Shown piece by piece: positions 11,501 through 25,088 of a stretch of DNA of 64,000 nt (its first letter is position 1; every line of letters starts with the position of its first letter). A model generated the notes under the pieces. It searched no databases and was not told the origin of the DNA. It saw nothing but the letters and a program-made list of their open reading frames with translations. The stretch lies in contig CAJFCJ010000026.1 in NCBI GenBank assembly GCA_904063045.1, forward strand, positions 288,964 through 352,963, read 5' to 3'. Made by a program: the position numbers and the translations under genes. The DNA is from Dimorphilus gyrociliatus (Eukaryota; Animalia; Annelida).

Positions 11501-12965
11501 ATAATATTCTTTATAATCTTATGAGAGGTAATATAAGTTCCTTGATGAAGAAAATTTACTTAATAATTTTATAATTTTTAATAACCATAGGCGTTCAAGT
11601 TGGGCGTTGTAAAAATTTTGAAAAGAAGCATCAGCAAATACATCGTCAACATGTCTTACCTGATGGAATATCTTATGGTAAAATAATGTCTGCTGAATCT
11701 CCTTCGCGATTCTCTTTGTTACTTGATGAGAAGGCAGGAGAATATGAAAGTATACTTAAAAGTAATCTGTATTTTGCTGAAAGAGGAGCTCCTATGATAT
11801 ATCCTGAGAAAGATCAAATGGCTGTCGCGTACTATAAATCAAAATGGCAAAGAGCAAGAGTTTTAGATTACGGAGTATCTAGAGTCTCACTTCGTCTTAT
11901 TGATCTTGGTAAAACAGATGAAAGAGCAATTATAGATAAAATGCTGTATGTTCAACCTGAGGTATGGGATAAGCCACCTGCTATGATTGATTGCGAATTG
12001 TTTGGTGCTTTCCCAAAACTAGGAGACAGCTGGACGTTGCAAGACAAGAAATTTTTTGAGGTAAGCATATTTGTCAAAAAAACGACTTTAATAAGACAGT
12101 TTTCTGTATTTCCTTACAGAACCTGGTCATTGGTAAAACATGCAAAATTCAAAATTTATCAAGAAAAGATTCTAAAAATTCAGTTCGAGTTTTCATAGAT
12201 GAGTCTGATATAAGGTCACAATTGATGGAATGTCAAATAGGATCGTGGAGGAATGATATACATGAAGTTGATATAGGGGACCCTCATAAAAACATATTTA
12301 AATATAGTCAAATTCCTATATTGCATCTAGAGAAGGGCACTAATTTCTGCTTGCATATTTTAACTAAAAATCCACTTCCATCATTATTTAGAGGGAGAAT
12401 TATACATCTTGAAACAATGGAAAGAATAGGTAAAATGAGTAGCAGTATGACTAAAAGATTTGAAAAAAATCCGAAAGTTTTTCAAGTCAGGAGAAGATTG
12501 GTAGCTGGAGAAGTTGTTTTTTCTTATAATAAGAATTTTAAGGCCTTTTATCGATCTGTCATTTTAAGTGGTCCCAAACATAACATATACAATGTCATGT
12601 TTATTGATAATGGGACAGAAGAAGAAATAAATATTAAAGATATGCGATGTCCAACAAACGATGATTGTATATCATCTATTCCTATACCAATTAGGAATTT
12701 AGGCTTCACCTACTCTCGAAAAGAAACGTTTAGCGACGCTGAATTAGAAAAATTTTCATCTATAGTTTCAGAAACCGATGGAAAATTTTTTGTTAAGCTA
12801 GCTTTCATTCGAGGAGATCGCTATGTCATTGAGATTGCAGAAGGAGATCAGGTAACGAACTGTGAATTCATCGTTCAATATTCTAAAAATGCGAAATTTC
12901 TGCAGCTTCTGGATAGAATAAGAAAGAATGCCTTCAAAGCTATTGGACCCTATTCATCTAAATAA
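8579..12965 (+). CDS. Multi-exon RRM plus about five extended Tudor domain protein (Vreteno/TDRD-like architecture)
   Basis: RRM RNP2 LFLTNF and RNP1 RIGFAMV. Tudor-like cores LYRGLV...LIDVGKT, RWFRV...LLDRGTT, IWLRA...CLDLCA, KWQRARV...LIDLGKT and FYRSVI...FIDNGTEE. The ORF pieces join in frame through short GT-AG introns (e.g. exon starts about 9109, 9484, 12119). Confidence 0.8.
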
Positions 12966-13160
12966 AGCGAGCAAGTCAATTTCTCTTTTAAAGAAAAAGT
13001 GAAAATTTTTTTTTGTTTTGATTGTTTCAAACGCAAATAAATGATTCCCTACGCTAAATTGATTCTAACTAAATCAAATTAAATTTACTGAAGTTTAATT
13101 TAATAATTTTCTTCAAGTATAAGTACTTTTCGAAATTTTTATTATTTCAAATGCAGAGAT

Positions 13161-13703
13161 TTAAGTATAACAGTCAATTCTAAACTCTAATTCATTCAAA
13201 TCGTCCACCACCAACCTTTCCTGACTCTCTGTCTTTTGTAACCTTAGTTGCAAATCAAAATGAGTTCTGGCCAAACCATCTAATTCCTTGTGGCACCTCA
13301 ACAAGGCTTTATTTATTTTATCTTTGCGTGCCAACGTTGAAATAATCGGCCTCTCTTCAGTCCCCTTATGATGGTTAGAAACCCTCCTTAAAAGAAGCTG
13401 ATCAGTTTTTAATTTGCTTTCATCCAAAAGACAATTGTCCATTTCTTCATGAATTTCTTTTAATGTCTTTTCTATTCCATCAAGTTTGTTGCAGTTCTTT
13501 GTCAGTGTTGTTTGTAAATTGCCTAAAGTAGTTTGAATATTTAATGTTGTTTCGGTCCCATTTGAAAACGTTTTTGCAGCCAAACTACCATTTCTCAATA
13601 TCGAATTAGATTTTTGATGTTCTTTATTTATTTTTTCTTTTCTTTTCTTCAAGCCAAAGAATTCTAGAATATGAATTGTTATCTTTGAAGTCATTGCATT
13701 CAA
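13161..13703 (-). CDS. Hypothetical coiled-coil protein (probably a terminal exon; 5' structure unresolved)
   Basis: 180-codon ORF with heptad-like segments (LDGIEKTLKEIHEEM, LDGLARTHFDLQLRLQKTE). Confidence 0.5.
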   Translation of the reverse strand: MNAMTSKITIHILEFFGLKKRKEKINKEHQKSNSILRNGSLAAKTFSNGTETTLNIQTTLGNLQTTLTKNCNKLDGIEKTLKEIHEEMDNCLLDESKLKTDQLLLRRVSNHHKGTEERPIISTLARKDKINKALLRCHKELDGLARTHFDLQLRLQKTESQERLVVDDLNELEFRIDCYT

Positions 13704-14279
13704 TGATGACAGTAATCATAGAATTTTATCACTTTCAAGTGACACGGGTAGATATGCAACTGAGCTTGTACTCCTTTTTTCCAATATACAGTACAGTAGG
13801 CTTGAGAGTACTTTTTCCAATTGAGCTTTAAATTACTTACTTGTAAATTCATTAGAAAATATTAGCAATACAAGGTTAATTATTATTAATAAAAAGCGAA
13901 TATTTGAGCATATAATAACGATTGATCACCTCTACAACACCATGATCCAAACGTTGAAATACCTCGTAAGGCTTGAGCTTTCTAATAACAAAGAACTCAT
14001 TATAAGGCAATCGAAGATTATTATGAAGCTTCATATGTGGTTCCTAGTAAATCCCCAAGACTACCTATTGAGCTCATCTATTTATTGTTAAAGTGTTTAT
14101 ACAATACAGTATATAAAGTGCTACACAAGAGAAGTTTATTATATTTTTAGTAATTTAATAAATGAGCTATTAACTTAATATTCTTTTAGAGGAAGTTTTC
14201 CATACATATTTTCATATTTTATGTTAATGATTGAGATCATCTTGTTCATTTACGATGAAAGTTAAATAATCTTATCACA

Positions 14280-14290
14280 CGCGCATGCGT
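14280..14290. promoter_or_regulatory. NRF1-like GCGCATGCG palindrome in a GC-richer intergenic patch
   Basis: cgcgcatgcgt in otherwise very AT-rich DNA between divergent genes. Confidence 0.3.
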
Positions 14291-15544
14291 CAACCCCAAT
14301 CCGCCATTATAACATGCCGTCATGAAATGGCATATGAACCTAAAGTTATTCATTACAAAACTACACACTCCTCTAAAAGTAAACGGACTCGACTGATGAT
14401 TAACTCAGTTACAAATCTTTCGGATAATTAAGTTATCTTGTATTTTTTAATACAATTTACAATCTTATTGAAAGCTTTGAAAAGGGAATCTTAAGAGGCC
14501 ATACTAGATTTAAAGTATATTATTTATTGGATAAAGGAACCATAAAACATCTGCTTTATCAAAGTTCTGGCATTCAGTTTTAATATGAATAGTTTTTGAA
14601 AATTGATATTAAAAATTAATCTCGTAGAAAAAAAACAATGTATTAAATGAAATGATTAATTACAGGATTCATTAAATCTGCTTATGAGGAAAATCTTAAG
14701 ATTTGCATGTAATATTGTCCAGAATAAAGAATTAATTTGTCTTTTGAAATCCCGTAACTAATTTCAAGATATCTTAATAATTTGAATTTATCTATATCTT
14801 TTCGTATCTTTCAGTCTTCTATGACTTCTATCATTATTCTACCTTTCATATCATTCTGATATTTGGATAGAGATAATATGTTCTTTAACAGCTATTATAA
14901 AGTAATTCTTTGTAGCTCAAAGTATCACCACATTTAAATTTAATAGCTAAATTAATTAAAATTATTAAATTAATAATTCTTTAAATGTTAGCTAAAAACT
15001 CTCTTTTACGGATTATTGAACTACTTCATCGACAAATAGGCAGATTATCAACTTAAATAGCAATTTTATTATCTATAAATTAGTAAGGACGCTTCGTAAA
15101 ATCTTAGAAACTTTCTAAAAACATTTGTATAATCTCCATTGCTATAGAAACCATCCTAATTTCTAGAATATCCGCCATTTTTGAAATTACTAAAATATGA
15201 ATCTAAATTTTAGGAACCTCCTTTCCAATTTATATCTCTTTCCACTCTAAAGTTTATTTGTTATATCCGATTTTCGGGTTTATTTTGAGGACTTAGTAAG
15301 TATCCTACACAACAAATTATACCTTAAAAGTTACTTATCAGATTGGATAAGTTATTTTTTTGTTTATTATTGCGAATGTCTGGGTTTTTGAATTTAATAA
15401 AAACCACGTGGCCAAATGTCAATTGGAGAGTTCAAGTACTCACCAGAAATTATCATTGAAATTTTTATTAAAACTAATTAAAAAATTGCTTATTAAATAC
15501 CAACTTTATTGAGACTTATTATAATACTAACATTTTTACAGACC

Positions 15545-17415
15545 ATGTTTAAGAAGTTTTATATTCATGATCGAATATTTGCAAAAACTAAAGGCTTACT
15601 GTATTGGCCAGCAAGAGTAAGTTAAACGCATATCTAAAAGCTTTTGTAAAAAGTAGAAATTTTCTTATTTATAGATAGCTGATGCATCTTTGTTGAAAAA
15701 ATCTCCATCCAAATATCAATATCCTGTTTTTTTTTACGGAACCCATGAAGTGTAAGTCGAGATATTTGCATATCATATTCTTTATACTAAAGAATCTACT
15801 TTTAGGGGTTGCGTTCACGTTAAGAATATCTATCCTTATTTTGAATTTAAGGAGCAATTTGCAGTGGAGAATGAAATGGAAAAATTTAATTTGGGATTAT
15901 ATGAAATCGAAAACGATCCGGAAGTACTGGTAAGTTTACTTTAATAATTTTTCTATTTATGTCAGAATCGATGATATTTTTAATTTTTATATTACTTGGC
16001 CTATTTGACTGTTTTTTATTTTACCAGGTTTTAGAAACAAAAGAGGTGGGGTTATCAATACCAGTAAGTAAATTTTCTGCATTTTTTTATTTGTAAATTG
16101 ATAAGGTAACAAACAGAAGTCACGCGAATAAGGAAGTTGGAAAAATATTAAGAAGTATTTTAAAACTTGTCGATTTATCAAATTTACTTTTACAGGATAA
16201 TGCGCCTGACAAGACCATAGTATCTGAAGTAGTTGAACCAGTTGGTTTTTCAGAAGGAAAAAGACTTAAGACGTTAGTATACAAATCTGTCAATTATAAA
16301 AATAAAATTCTAACTTTAGCAGGAAACAAAATAAGGCCCTGGTTAAAGATCGTTCCAAACAAAAAGAAACTAAGAATAGTATTAAACCAAGCATTAATAG
16401 ACGAAGTCTGCGAAATATGAACAGGTTTTTACATACAATATACTGTACCATAAAAATGGTTTGGTAGTTGCAAATATATATTAGGAAAAACGAGTAACCC
16501 TCCGGTATATCTAATCAGGCCTATGCTTTTTTTATTACACTGGCGGTTTTTGAAAGTAAACTTATTTTTCAAAATTCCAATCTAATAACAACTGAAGACA
16601 TGCTCTCAGCTAAATCTCCTTCCTTAACAAACTAAATGCAGTAATCATTTACTACCTCTTAACCACTAATAAATGGTTACTTCATTTTTAATAAATATGA
16701 AGTATAATCATATTAATATTAATATTTAAATATTATATCTATTCAGTATATATTTCTGTAATATATTTAGAAGTCGTTTTGGAGAAACCGAAAAAGATAG
16801 CGATCTTATACAATCGTCATCAAGTCAAATTAACGAAAACAAAATAATAACCAGGAGTTCTAAACGTAAAATGTCTGTAAAATATCCAAGTAACATACCT
16901 TCGTTTAAAAATGTTATATTATATTAGGAGCTCCCCTAGTGGGATTAAAAAGTGTGATTTTGATGAATCCATTGAATTGAAGTCTTGTTTAAAAAAATTA
17001 AACAGGTAAAAGTCTATTTAATGATTGCCAGGTTATTGCTATAACTTTATTAAAATAATCAGAAAAATTACTGAAAAGGAAAAAAAAGTCACCTTTCAAA
17101 TGAATGAGCAATTGAGAAGAAGAAATTCAAGCGCTACAAAGTCTAGATTCAAATTTAAAAAATTTAATACTTTAAAAATCTTAGTTTCCAATCAGGGTAT
17201 CGGAGAGTATAGCCAAGTCGCAAGTGAAAACGAACAAATTTGAAAAGTCGAGAAAATCTCCGAAAGGAAAGAGAAGAGAGATAGAAGTAGAGCCTTATTT
17301 GAAAACAAGGTCTGCCATGGCGAAAACATTAGCTAAACTTGAAAATAGTCCAAAGCAATCTCAACATGACGATAATAAAAAGAGAACAATGAATTTGAAA
17401 ACCTTTGAACAGAGG

Positions 17416-17458
<43 letters not shown>

Positions 17459-19938
17459 TGTATATATATATTCTTCACCTTTTTTATTACTATCTTATGC
17501 AGTTAGGAAATAATTAAAAAAAATAAGTAGAAATTGTAATGAGGCTAAAATGTATATTAATTCATTATGCTAAAATTTTTATTTACAAATTTGTTTTAAG
17601 GATAACGAACAATTCTACTGATCCATTTCCTTCGAAAGTAAACAAATCAAGCCAGAGTGATAAAGACCTAAATTCAAATATTAAAAACACAAGTCCAACC
17701 CTTGAAACGTCTAAAAAGGCATTTGATGCAAAAGAGTGTAAAACAATAAATATGCAAATAAGGAGTTCGCTTGAAGACACGTTTGTATACAAATTACAAA
17801 ACATAATAGAATATCCTGCATTTGTTATTATTATTATTATAATTTGTTATAATAGTATCATTGAAGTTATTACTGCTAACAAAAAGTCTGAAGGGAGCAA
17901 CCATCAGTCAAGTATGAGACATACTACTACTAAAAATAGGTTTGTTAGAGAAAAGTATTGTTCACTCTTTTAATTGATAATTTGTAAAAGCAGTTCTGGT
18001 GGAGACATTTCACGGAAAAATCAGATGGAGAAAAGACAAACAAGAAATTCAGCGAAGAAAATGTCTATAATTAATTATATTTTCATTATATTTAAATACC
18101 TAATCTTTCAGGATATTGGGAAAAAATATTGTGACCGAGTTCTCCCAACAAAAAACGGATGAAATCGCTGAGGGCTTCGTTAAAGAACAAAACGTAATGA
18201 CAACTGGAAGTTTGCAGGACCAAAAGTAGGACTATAAATGCTATATCTTATGATACTTAATAACTTTATACAGGACGAAAGATAGCAATAAAGAGAGTGA
18301 AAATATTCCTGGAAACACGGATTTACAACAAAATGTGCAAAATTTAAAACGGTATTGAATAATTATTATATGTTATGAATTAAAAATAATGTCGGAATTT
18401 TCATATCTATAGAAATTTTCCTGACAATAATCGGTCAGAAATTTCTGTTGGAGGCCGTTGCGAATTTACACCAAATAATATGGAAACAATAAGCTTGATA
18501 AAGTTTAATCAAAATATGTTTACTATATTTTCCTAATCCATATGTTGTTATCAGCACATCAGAAAGTTCGGACATCGTATGTCGTATTGAACAGGACTCT
18601 GAAGCTACTGCTCAAATTTCTGACATAGCTGCAAAACCTTTACTGTTGTATCAAACATTAAATTATGATATATATTTATGCAATTCTATTTTTGGAATAG
18701 AAAATCTGATGAAGAAGAAGCTTCGAAGGATTGTGAAATATATACACCAGAAGAAAAAGGGTTTGCTATTTTGTCATTACGAAAACTTTTACATCTAGCT
18801 ATACTTTTCAAAGTAACTCTGCCAAAAAACCCGATCAAGCTACACTAAAACCAGTCACAACCGGAACTAAAAGGTATCAATAAAAATTTCATTGTTTTAG
18901 CTGTTGAATATAATATTTATCTAGAAACTGCTTTGATGAGAAAATGGGAAATAATCTATCAACTAAACGAGTACGACAGGAGAGCACCATGGACGATCAT
19001 GGTACAATCAATGTAAAAATTCCATAGAATTTGTTAATATGAGTTTGACTAAGTCTTTTCACATGAATTTTTAGAATGCTAATACGGAAACAGATGATGA
19101 GCTTATTGAAAATGAGATAGATTCTCTTTATGAAGGTTAAATGAAATTTTAAGAAATGCAAAATTATATTTTGCTTATTTTTAGAATTATCTTCTGAATC
19201 AAGCAGTCTGAATATGCAAGAAAATGACTCGTGCGATGCTACGCACCAACCGGAAGAGGTCAGTGTAAAAATCCATATTTTTGCTAAATGAAGTTAAACA
19301 AATAAAATTTTTCAGCATCCTTCAGAAAATATTCCTGATGTCAATGATTCTAATAATTCGAACTTGTAACTATTTAAAAATTTTTATCACGAAGAACAAA
19401 TATAAATTACAAAGGTAACATTTTAGCTTGTGCATCAAAGAAGACGTCGTTGAATACGAAAGTCGATTGAGATTTGATGATCGCAGAAAAAAACTTCGAT
19501 TTGTGAAAGAAATAAAAAGAGAACTAAAAGATATTTTAAGCACTGATGATCTCAATTGTACTCTATGTTTTGAAGTACTTGACAAGATCTGTCGAATTAA
19601 TCTTACGCCGTATATTCTAAGACGATGTTCCTCTATTGTTGGTACAATAAAAAAGGTATGAAAGAAATTAGACATATTAAAAATATTTCTTTTATTATGT
19701 CTTTAGATAATAAAAATGAACACAACATGTCTGCTGAAAGCTAAAGCAAAGCAAGCGTATTACAAATGCAAATCTTGCTTTATGACCTTACCAGGTCAAA
19801 AGTTTTCGAAGGTTCGATCATTATATAAAGCTGTTTAAGAAATAAAACTTTGATTTTTTAAAGATTATAGAACAACAAGTTGCAACATATAGAGAAACTA
19901 AGAAACTTAAATCAGAGGAAAATCAAAAAAGTAATTAA
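15545..19938 (+). CDS. PWWP domain plus C-terminal IBD/TFIIS-N-like domain protein (LEDGF/PSIP1-HDGFL2 family), many short exons
   Basis: Exons read FAKTKGLLYWPAR / YQYPVFFYGTHE / FNLGLYEIENDP (HDGF-type PWWP). Long charged low-complexity linker. C-terminal LKDILSTDDLNCTLCFEVLDKI...IVGTIKKI...KAKQAYYKCKSCF matches the LEDGF IBD pattern. Stop at 19938. Confidence 0.8.
17420..17470. repeat. (AT)n microsatellite inside an intron of the PWWP gene
   Basis: About 18 perfect AT units followed by ACTG and more TA units. Confidence 0.95.
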
Positions 19939-20123
19939 TTTAATAATGTAATCTTATGTGTTTTTGTTAACTTTATCCAACAAAACAATTGAAATTATTA
20001 CTTTCCAATTAATAAATTATAAAGAATAATGTAAACTGACGTAGTCTGTGTAACATCGCTCAGTGCTCTGTTGCCAAGGGTGAACACAAGCGTAAACAAA
20101 TATGAAAACATTAGTCTTTTAGC

Positions 20124-23100
20124 ATGGCGCTAAAACTAAAAGAAGAAGGTATTTGCCGAGTTTTCTTCTCTTCTCCATTTACTGGGATGGAAGAAGAAAG
20201 GCAAACACTTACTAAGAGATTTTGGCCAAGAATCGAGTCCCTGTGCAGTTCAAAAGGGCTACAGTTTTGTGCAGTTGACATGAGGTGGGGCATAACTGCA
20301 CAGAGTGCCCAGGCTGCTCGAGTTATAGATATTTGTCTTCGGGAGTGTGCTAGATCAGATATTTTTGTAGGTTTCTATGGTCAACGGTATGGTTGGCATG
20401 GAGAATATGATGAAACTCTTCAAAAAAATTTTGACAATGCCAAAGAGAAATTCCCTTGGATTGATAAATATCGTGACCGGAGTATGACTGAACTAGAATT
20501 TATGGAAGGTCATTTAAATGATCCGGGTAAAATGCCAGCTTGTATTTGCTTTAGAGACAAGGTATTTATACTCTTTACATTTAGCAACAGATAACTATAA
20601 AAAATAATTTTAGTCTTATGACGATGAAATGTACAAAAAGGCTGAGTTAGACGGTAATACTGCCAAAATGACAGCCTTCATTTCTGAGTCTGAGGCTGCG
20701 AAAGTTCGTCTCGAAAATTTGAAAGAAAATATCATTAAAACAAAAGATAATACCATTGGTGTTATGGAATCTTACAAATCACCAAAAGAAGCTGCCGAGT
20801 TCATGTTCGACTGTATTTGGAGCTTCCTTAAAAGTATGTTGAATACAGAAACAAGTCTTTCTCACAGAGAACTTTCTCTTGCTCAACATGATGCATACGC
20901 TGCCACTAGGTCAAAGTTATTTATTGGTCGACAAGACGTCCTAGAAAAATTATCAACAAATAAAACAAACATTCTGATATCAGGAGAATCAGGCTCAGGA
21001 AAATCTGCTTTAATTGCCAGCTGGGAAAAACTAAAGTGTAAAAAACAGGACGAACATATTTATATTACTCATTATATTGGGTGTGGCAGTGAAACTACAA
21101 GTATTTTGGATATTTGGAAGAGAATAAATACAGAGATACTCTATAAGAAAAAAGATTTAGAATTTACTACAGAAGAGAAAACTATTCGGGAAACCAATGA
21201 GATCAGAGATCATATAACAATATTCCGAAAGTTCGAGCAAAAACTGAAAGAAAAGGGAGTTGAATGTACAATTGTCTTGGACGGCTTAGAAAAAGTCGAA
21301 AAATCGTCAAATCAAGTTTTCACTGTAATTAAGTGTAATATTTTATACTGTATATTAAATGTATAATATCATTATATTTTATAACAAATAGCCTCTTTAT
21401 TGGATACCGAAAGTTCAAGAACAGCATATAAAATTTGTCCTCACCACAACATCGCTTGATAAAGAAAATATTGACGAACTGAAGAGTAGAGGCTATTCTG
21501 AAATAAACTTGCCTCTTTTGGATCGCAATGAAAAAGAACAGTTGTGTCTGGTAATTTTTACAAAACTTTCTATCTTGAATCATTTAAATTTTCCGAAACA
21601 GACCTTATTAAGAGAAAATTCAAAAGAAATGACTCAAGAACAGCTCTCAAAATTAGTAGATATTGAACAAACTCAAAACCCGCTGTTTCTTAAGGTTCTA
21701 ATTTCGGTAAGCTTTTGGAACACTCTGTGTTTAATTATGAAATAAAAATTAGTACATAACAGGAACTTTGTGCTTTTGGCTCATTTCGGCTAATTAATAA
21801 TAAAATTGATGATTTAACATCAGCAAAAGAGTTAGAAAATTCTATATATAAAAATGTATTAGTTTTCTTATTAATTAAGATCTACACTGCAGTATTAGTC
21901 AACTGTTCGAAAAAATGATTATTCGTCTGAAAAGAGATTATAATGACCCAGAAGCAGGCACAGAAATTGTTGAGAAGGTAAAATATACCAAATTAATATA
22001 TTTCAAAACAAGTTATACAATGTTAATCTTTTATTTTACCAATTGTAGACTTTATGCGGTCTTACCCTTTCAAAGTATGGTTTCTCTGAAAATGATCTGA
22101 AAAATTTTTTAAATATAAAACAGCATATTTGGTCTCCGTTTTATTACGCTATTGAAAAATTTTTGCTGAATCGACAATCAATGCTACAGTATGTGTTACT
22201 TGTTTACTACAAATATTCTATTTCCAATATTTTAGAATTGCTCATTGGGAATTATCAATAGTTATCGAAAAAGAATTTATGGCCTTTGCAGAAATTCGAA
22301 AAGGCCACATCGAAAACATGGCTAATTTTTTTTATGATATCTTTCAAGTAAGCTGAAATTAAATTCAGGATAGTAAAATATTCGCAATAATATATTCTAC
22401 TATTAGGAAAAGATCAGGCGATCAGAAAAACTATCTATAACTCTTATGAATGAACTACCTGAACTCTTAATGAAAGTTAATAAACAAAAGGAATTAATTA
22501 CGGTTTTGAGTAATGATCAAGTTATTTCTCACTTTGAAAAGTTAATAAGATAAAAATTTCACTGAAAGTAATATAATTCCTCTTCTGTTCGTAGCAAGAA
22601 TGCATTTGAAATCATATCATATATGAATTTGCTTTCAATGGATAAGATTGTAAATACTTTTTCTGAAACAATCTTGAGCTACCCTGCTAAAATACATTCA
22701 TTCTATGAACGAAATTATATAGAAGACCAGTCAACTATATCTCACAAAGTATTCTTTAGACAAAATGATATCATCTTTAAACATTTTTTTTTGTCTGCAG
22801 ATATTTAGTTTTTATGATAAAATTTATAACATAGCTGACAAAGGCAAAATTTACACCCTGGCTGAAGTATGCTTAAGGCGAGGAATAAATATTATTAGCC
22901 ATTGTCGAAATAAATCGGAAGATTGGCGGACAAACACGCTATATCTATACAAACATCGGTTAGGTTGCCTCTTATCTGACCTTATGCGGAAGTCTGAGGC
23001 CCTAAAAGTCCATGAAGAAGTTTTAGAGTGGAGAAAATCCGTTGGAAGCCGCTCAGAGATTCAAGCAAGCTATCATTCAATTGGAACAGTATACTTGAAT

Positions 23101-24729
23101 GATCAAAAATATGATATGGTAACTGTTATTTTTTTCGACATAGGTAAATAATATTAACTATTCATTTCTTATAACATAGGCACTTGATTACTTCAAGAAA
23201 GCTATGAAGGTTCAGAAGGAACTTTCCGAAAATCCAGAACTTGATAAAGCTGATGATCGTAATGGGTTTAATAATAAACATTCCTTCGCTGCAACTCATT
23301 CAAATGTAGGTCTTGTCCACCTCCGTACTGGCAATTTATTAGAAGCTGAACGTCAAATAAAACAAGCACTTGAGGTGAAAAGATAATTTATATAGCATAT
23401 TTTGGTTGTTGTTACATTTTTATTTTACACAGCTATACACAGAATATTTTTTTGGAGAACAAACACTTGATATATCCTATTGTTATCACAACCTTGGAAT
23501 GATTTACAGAAGACTGAAACAATATGATAAAACACACGAATATTATACAAAGTAAAAGTATATTGATAATTATCTTTTCTTAGAGGTTTCTTTTATCTAG
23601 ATCTTTGAATATAAAGCTAAAATACTTAGGAGAAAAGAGTATAGACGTGGGTACAACGTATATGAATCTTGCAACTCTGGAATTAGCTAGAAAAAATGTT
23701 CAGATGTTCTTTGATTACTCTGCTAAATGTTACGAGATTTTAAACGTATAATTTAATATTAATATTCTTTATTAGAATGCAAAATAATTTACAAAAATTT
23801 AAAGGAATGTTTATCGGATAAAAATCATCATCAGATTATGATGGCAAAAGAAAACTATGCTCATGGCCTTTTTCTGATGAATAGAAAAGAAGAAAGTAAA
23901 GAAATATTTCTTGAAACAAGTAATTTGGTTTTTTATTTGTTATACAGTACTTTTCATGTTCTTTAATAGTTGCTGTCCACGAGGAGAGAAATGATTTTGA
24001 AAAAGGTCTTCTTGTGTTATATAAGAATATGATATATTACCTAAAAGAGCAAAAACAATTTAGGACAATCTTTCGCTTTTTGGCACCAGTTATGAAGACC
24101 AAACTGTTACGCGCATATCATTATATTATTATGGATGAAGTTTATGAAAATCTAAATGATGAGAGTCTGAGAGAAGATAATTTATGCCTTGAGTATGGCA
24201 TTGAGAAATTTCCAAACAGTATAGACCTGCTTCAATATAGTGGCACAAAGTATTTTGACAGAGATTTTGTGGAATTACGAGACTTCACCTTAAAAATATA
24301 TAATCTATTTAAAAAAATTGGAAAAAATGAAAATTTACCAATAATATTATTTTCACAAGCAATGTTGGAAACCAACAGGGAGAAATACGCAGAAAAGGCT
24401 TTTCTTTTGATTAATGAAGGTTTAAAGATAATGCCCGACGATACAGTAAATATCATACCTAGAATACTTGTCACAGTCTTAAATAATGGAACATATTTTT
24501 ATAACAGGAAATTTTAGCGATGAAAGCATATGCTTTTTGCCTTGATAAAAAATATCAGGAGTGTCTCGACATTTTAACAATGTTGACAGAAAATAGTACA
24601 AAAAATCATTCTGTTCTGAAACCATATTTTGAGGATATCTTAGATATGGGGGAAGCTAATGATCAAGATTGTGAAAATTTCTTAAAAGAAGTAACTGATT
24701 TAAACAATAAACTGCATAAGGTCGAATAA
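20124..24729 (+). CDS. DUF4062 - P-loop NTPase (NACHT/STAND-like) - TPR repeat protein, NPHP3/TEP1/NWD-like
   Basis: N-terminal RVFFSSPFTGMEEER...VDMRWGI...FVGFYGQRYGW (DUF4062 pattern). Walker A GESGSGKS; Walker B IVLDGLE; NPLFLK helical-domain motif. TPR units ASYHSIGTVY, ATHSNVGLVH, CYHNLGMIY, TTYMNLATL. Confidence 0.85.
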
Positions 24730-25088
24730 CAAGAGTAATTACTTCTTCACATTTTAACTTGGTTTGTTATGTGCACACTGTAATGATATTTCAATACAAC
24801 AAGTATTTCACATTATAAATCAATTGAGCTCTCAGCAAGACGACTATTTTGATAATTGAAAATTTTTTCTGCCGTATAGTCTTTTTAAGCAATTTAAGGT
24901 TTAACATTAGATTAGGCTTACTGTGTTTGCTATCCATATAAAAATATAACAATATTAAACAGTTTCAGTACTAAATTTTTTTGTAGTATTTAATTACACG
25001 TATCTGTGAAACATCGAGCACGTGCTTGTAATCAGGTTGTTTAAAATAATATCACTAGCTATTTTTCAGAATCAGAGGATAAGTTAAG

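Noticed and set aside
17224-17517. ORF with a YIYIYI run
   Set aside because: Read-through of an exon into the intronic (AT)n microsatellite.
15545-19938. Functional link between the integrase-binding-domain gene and the nearby LTR array
   Set aside because: LEDGF-family proteins act in trans and BEL integrases are not known IBD partners; proximity alone is no evidence.
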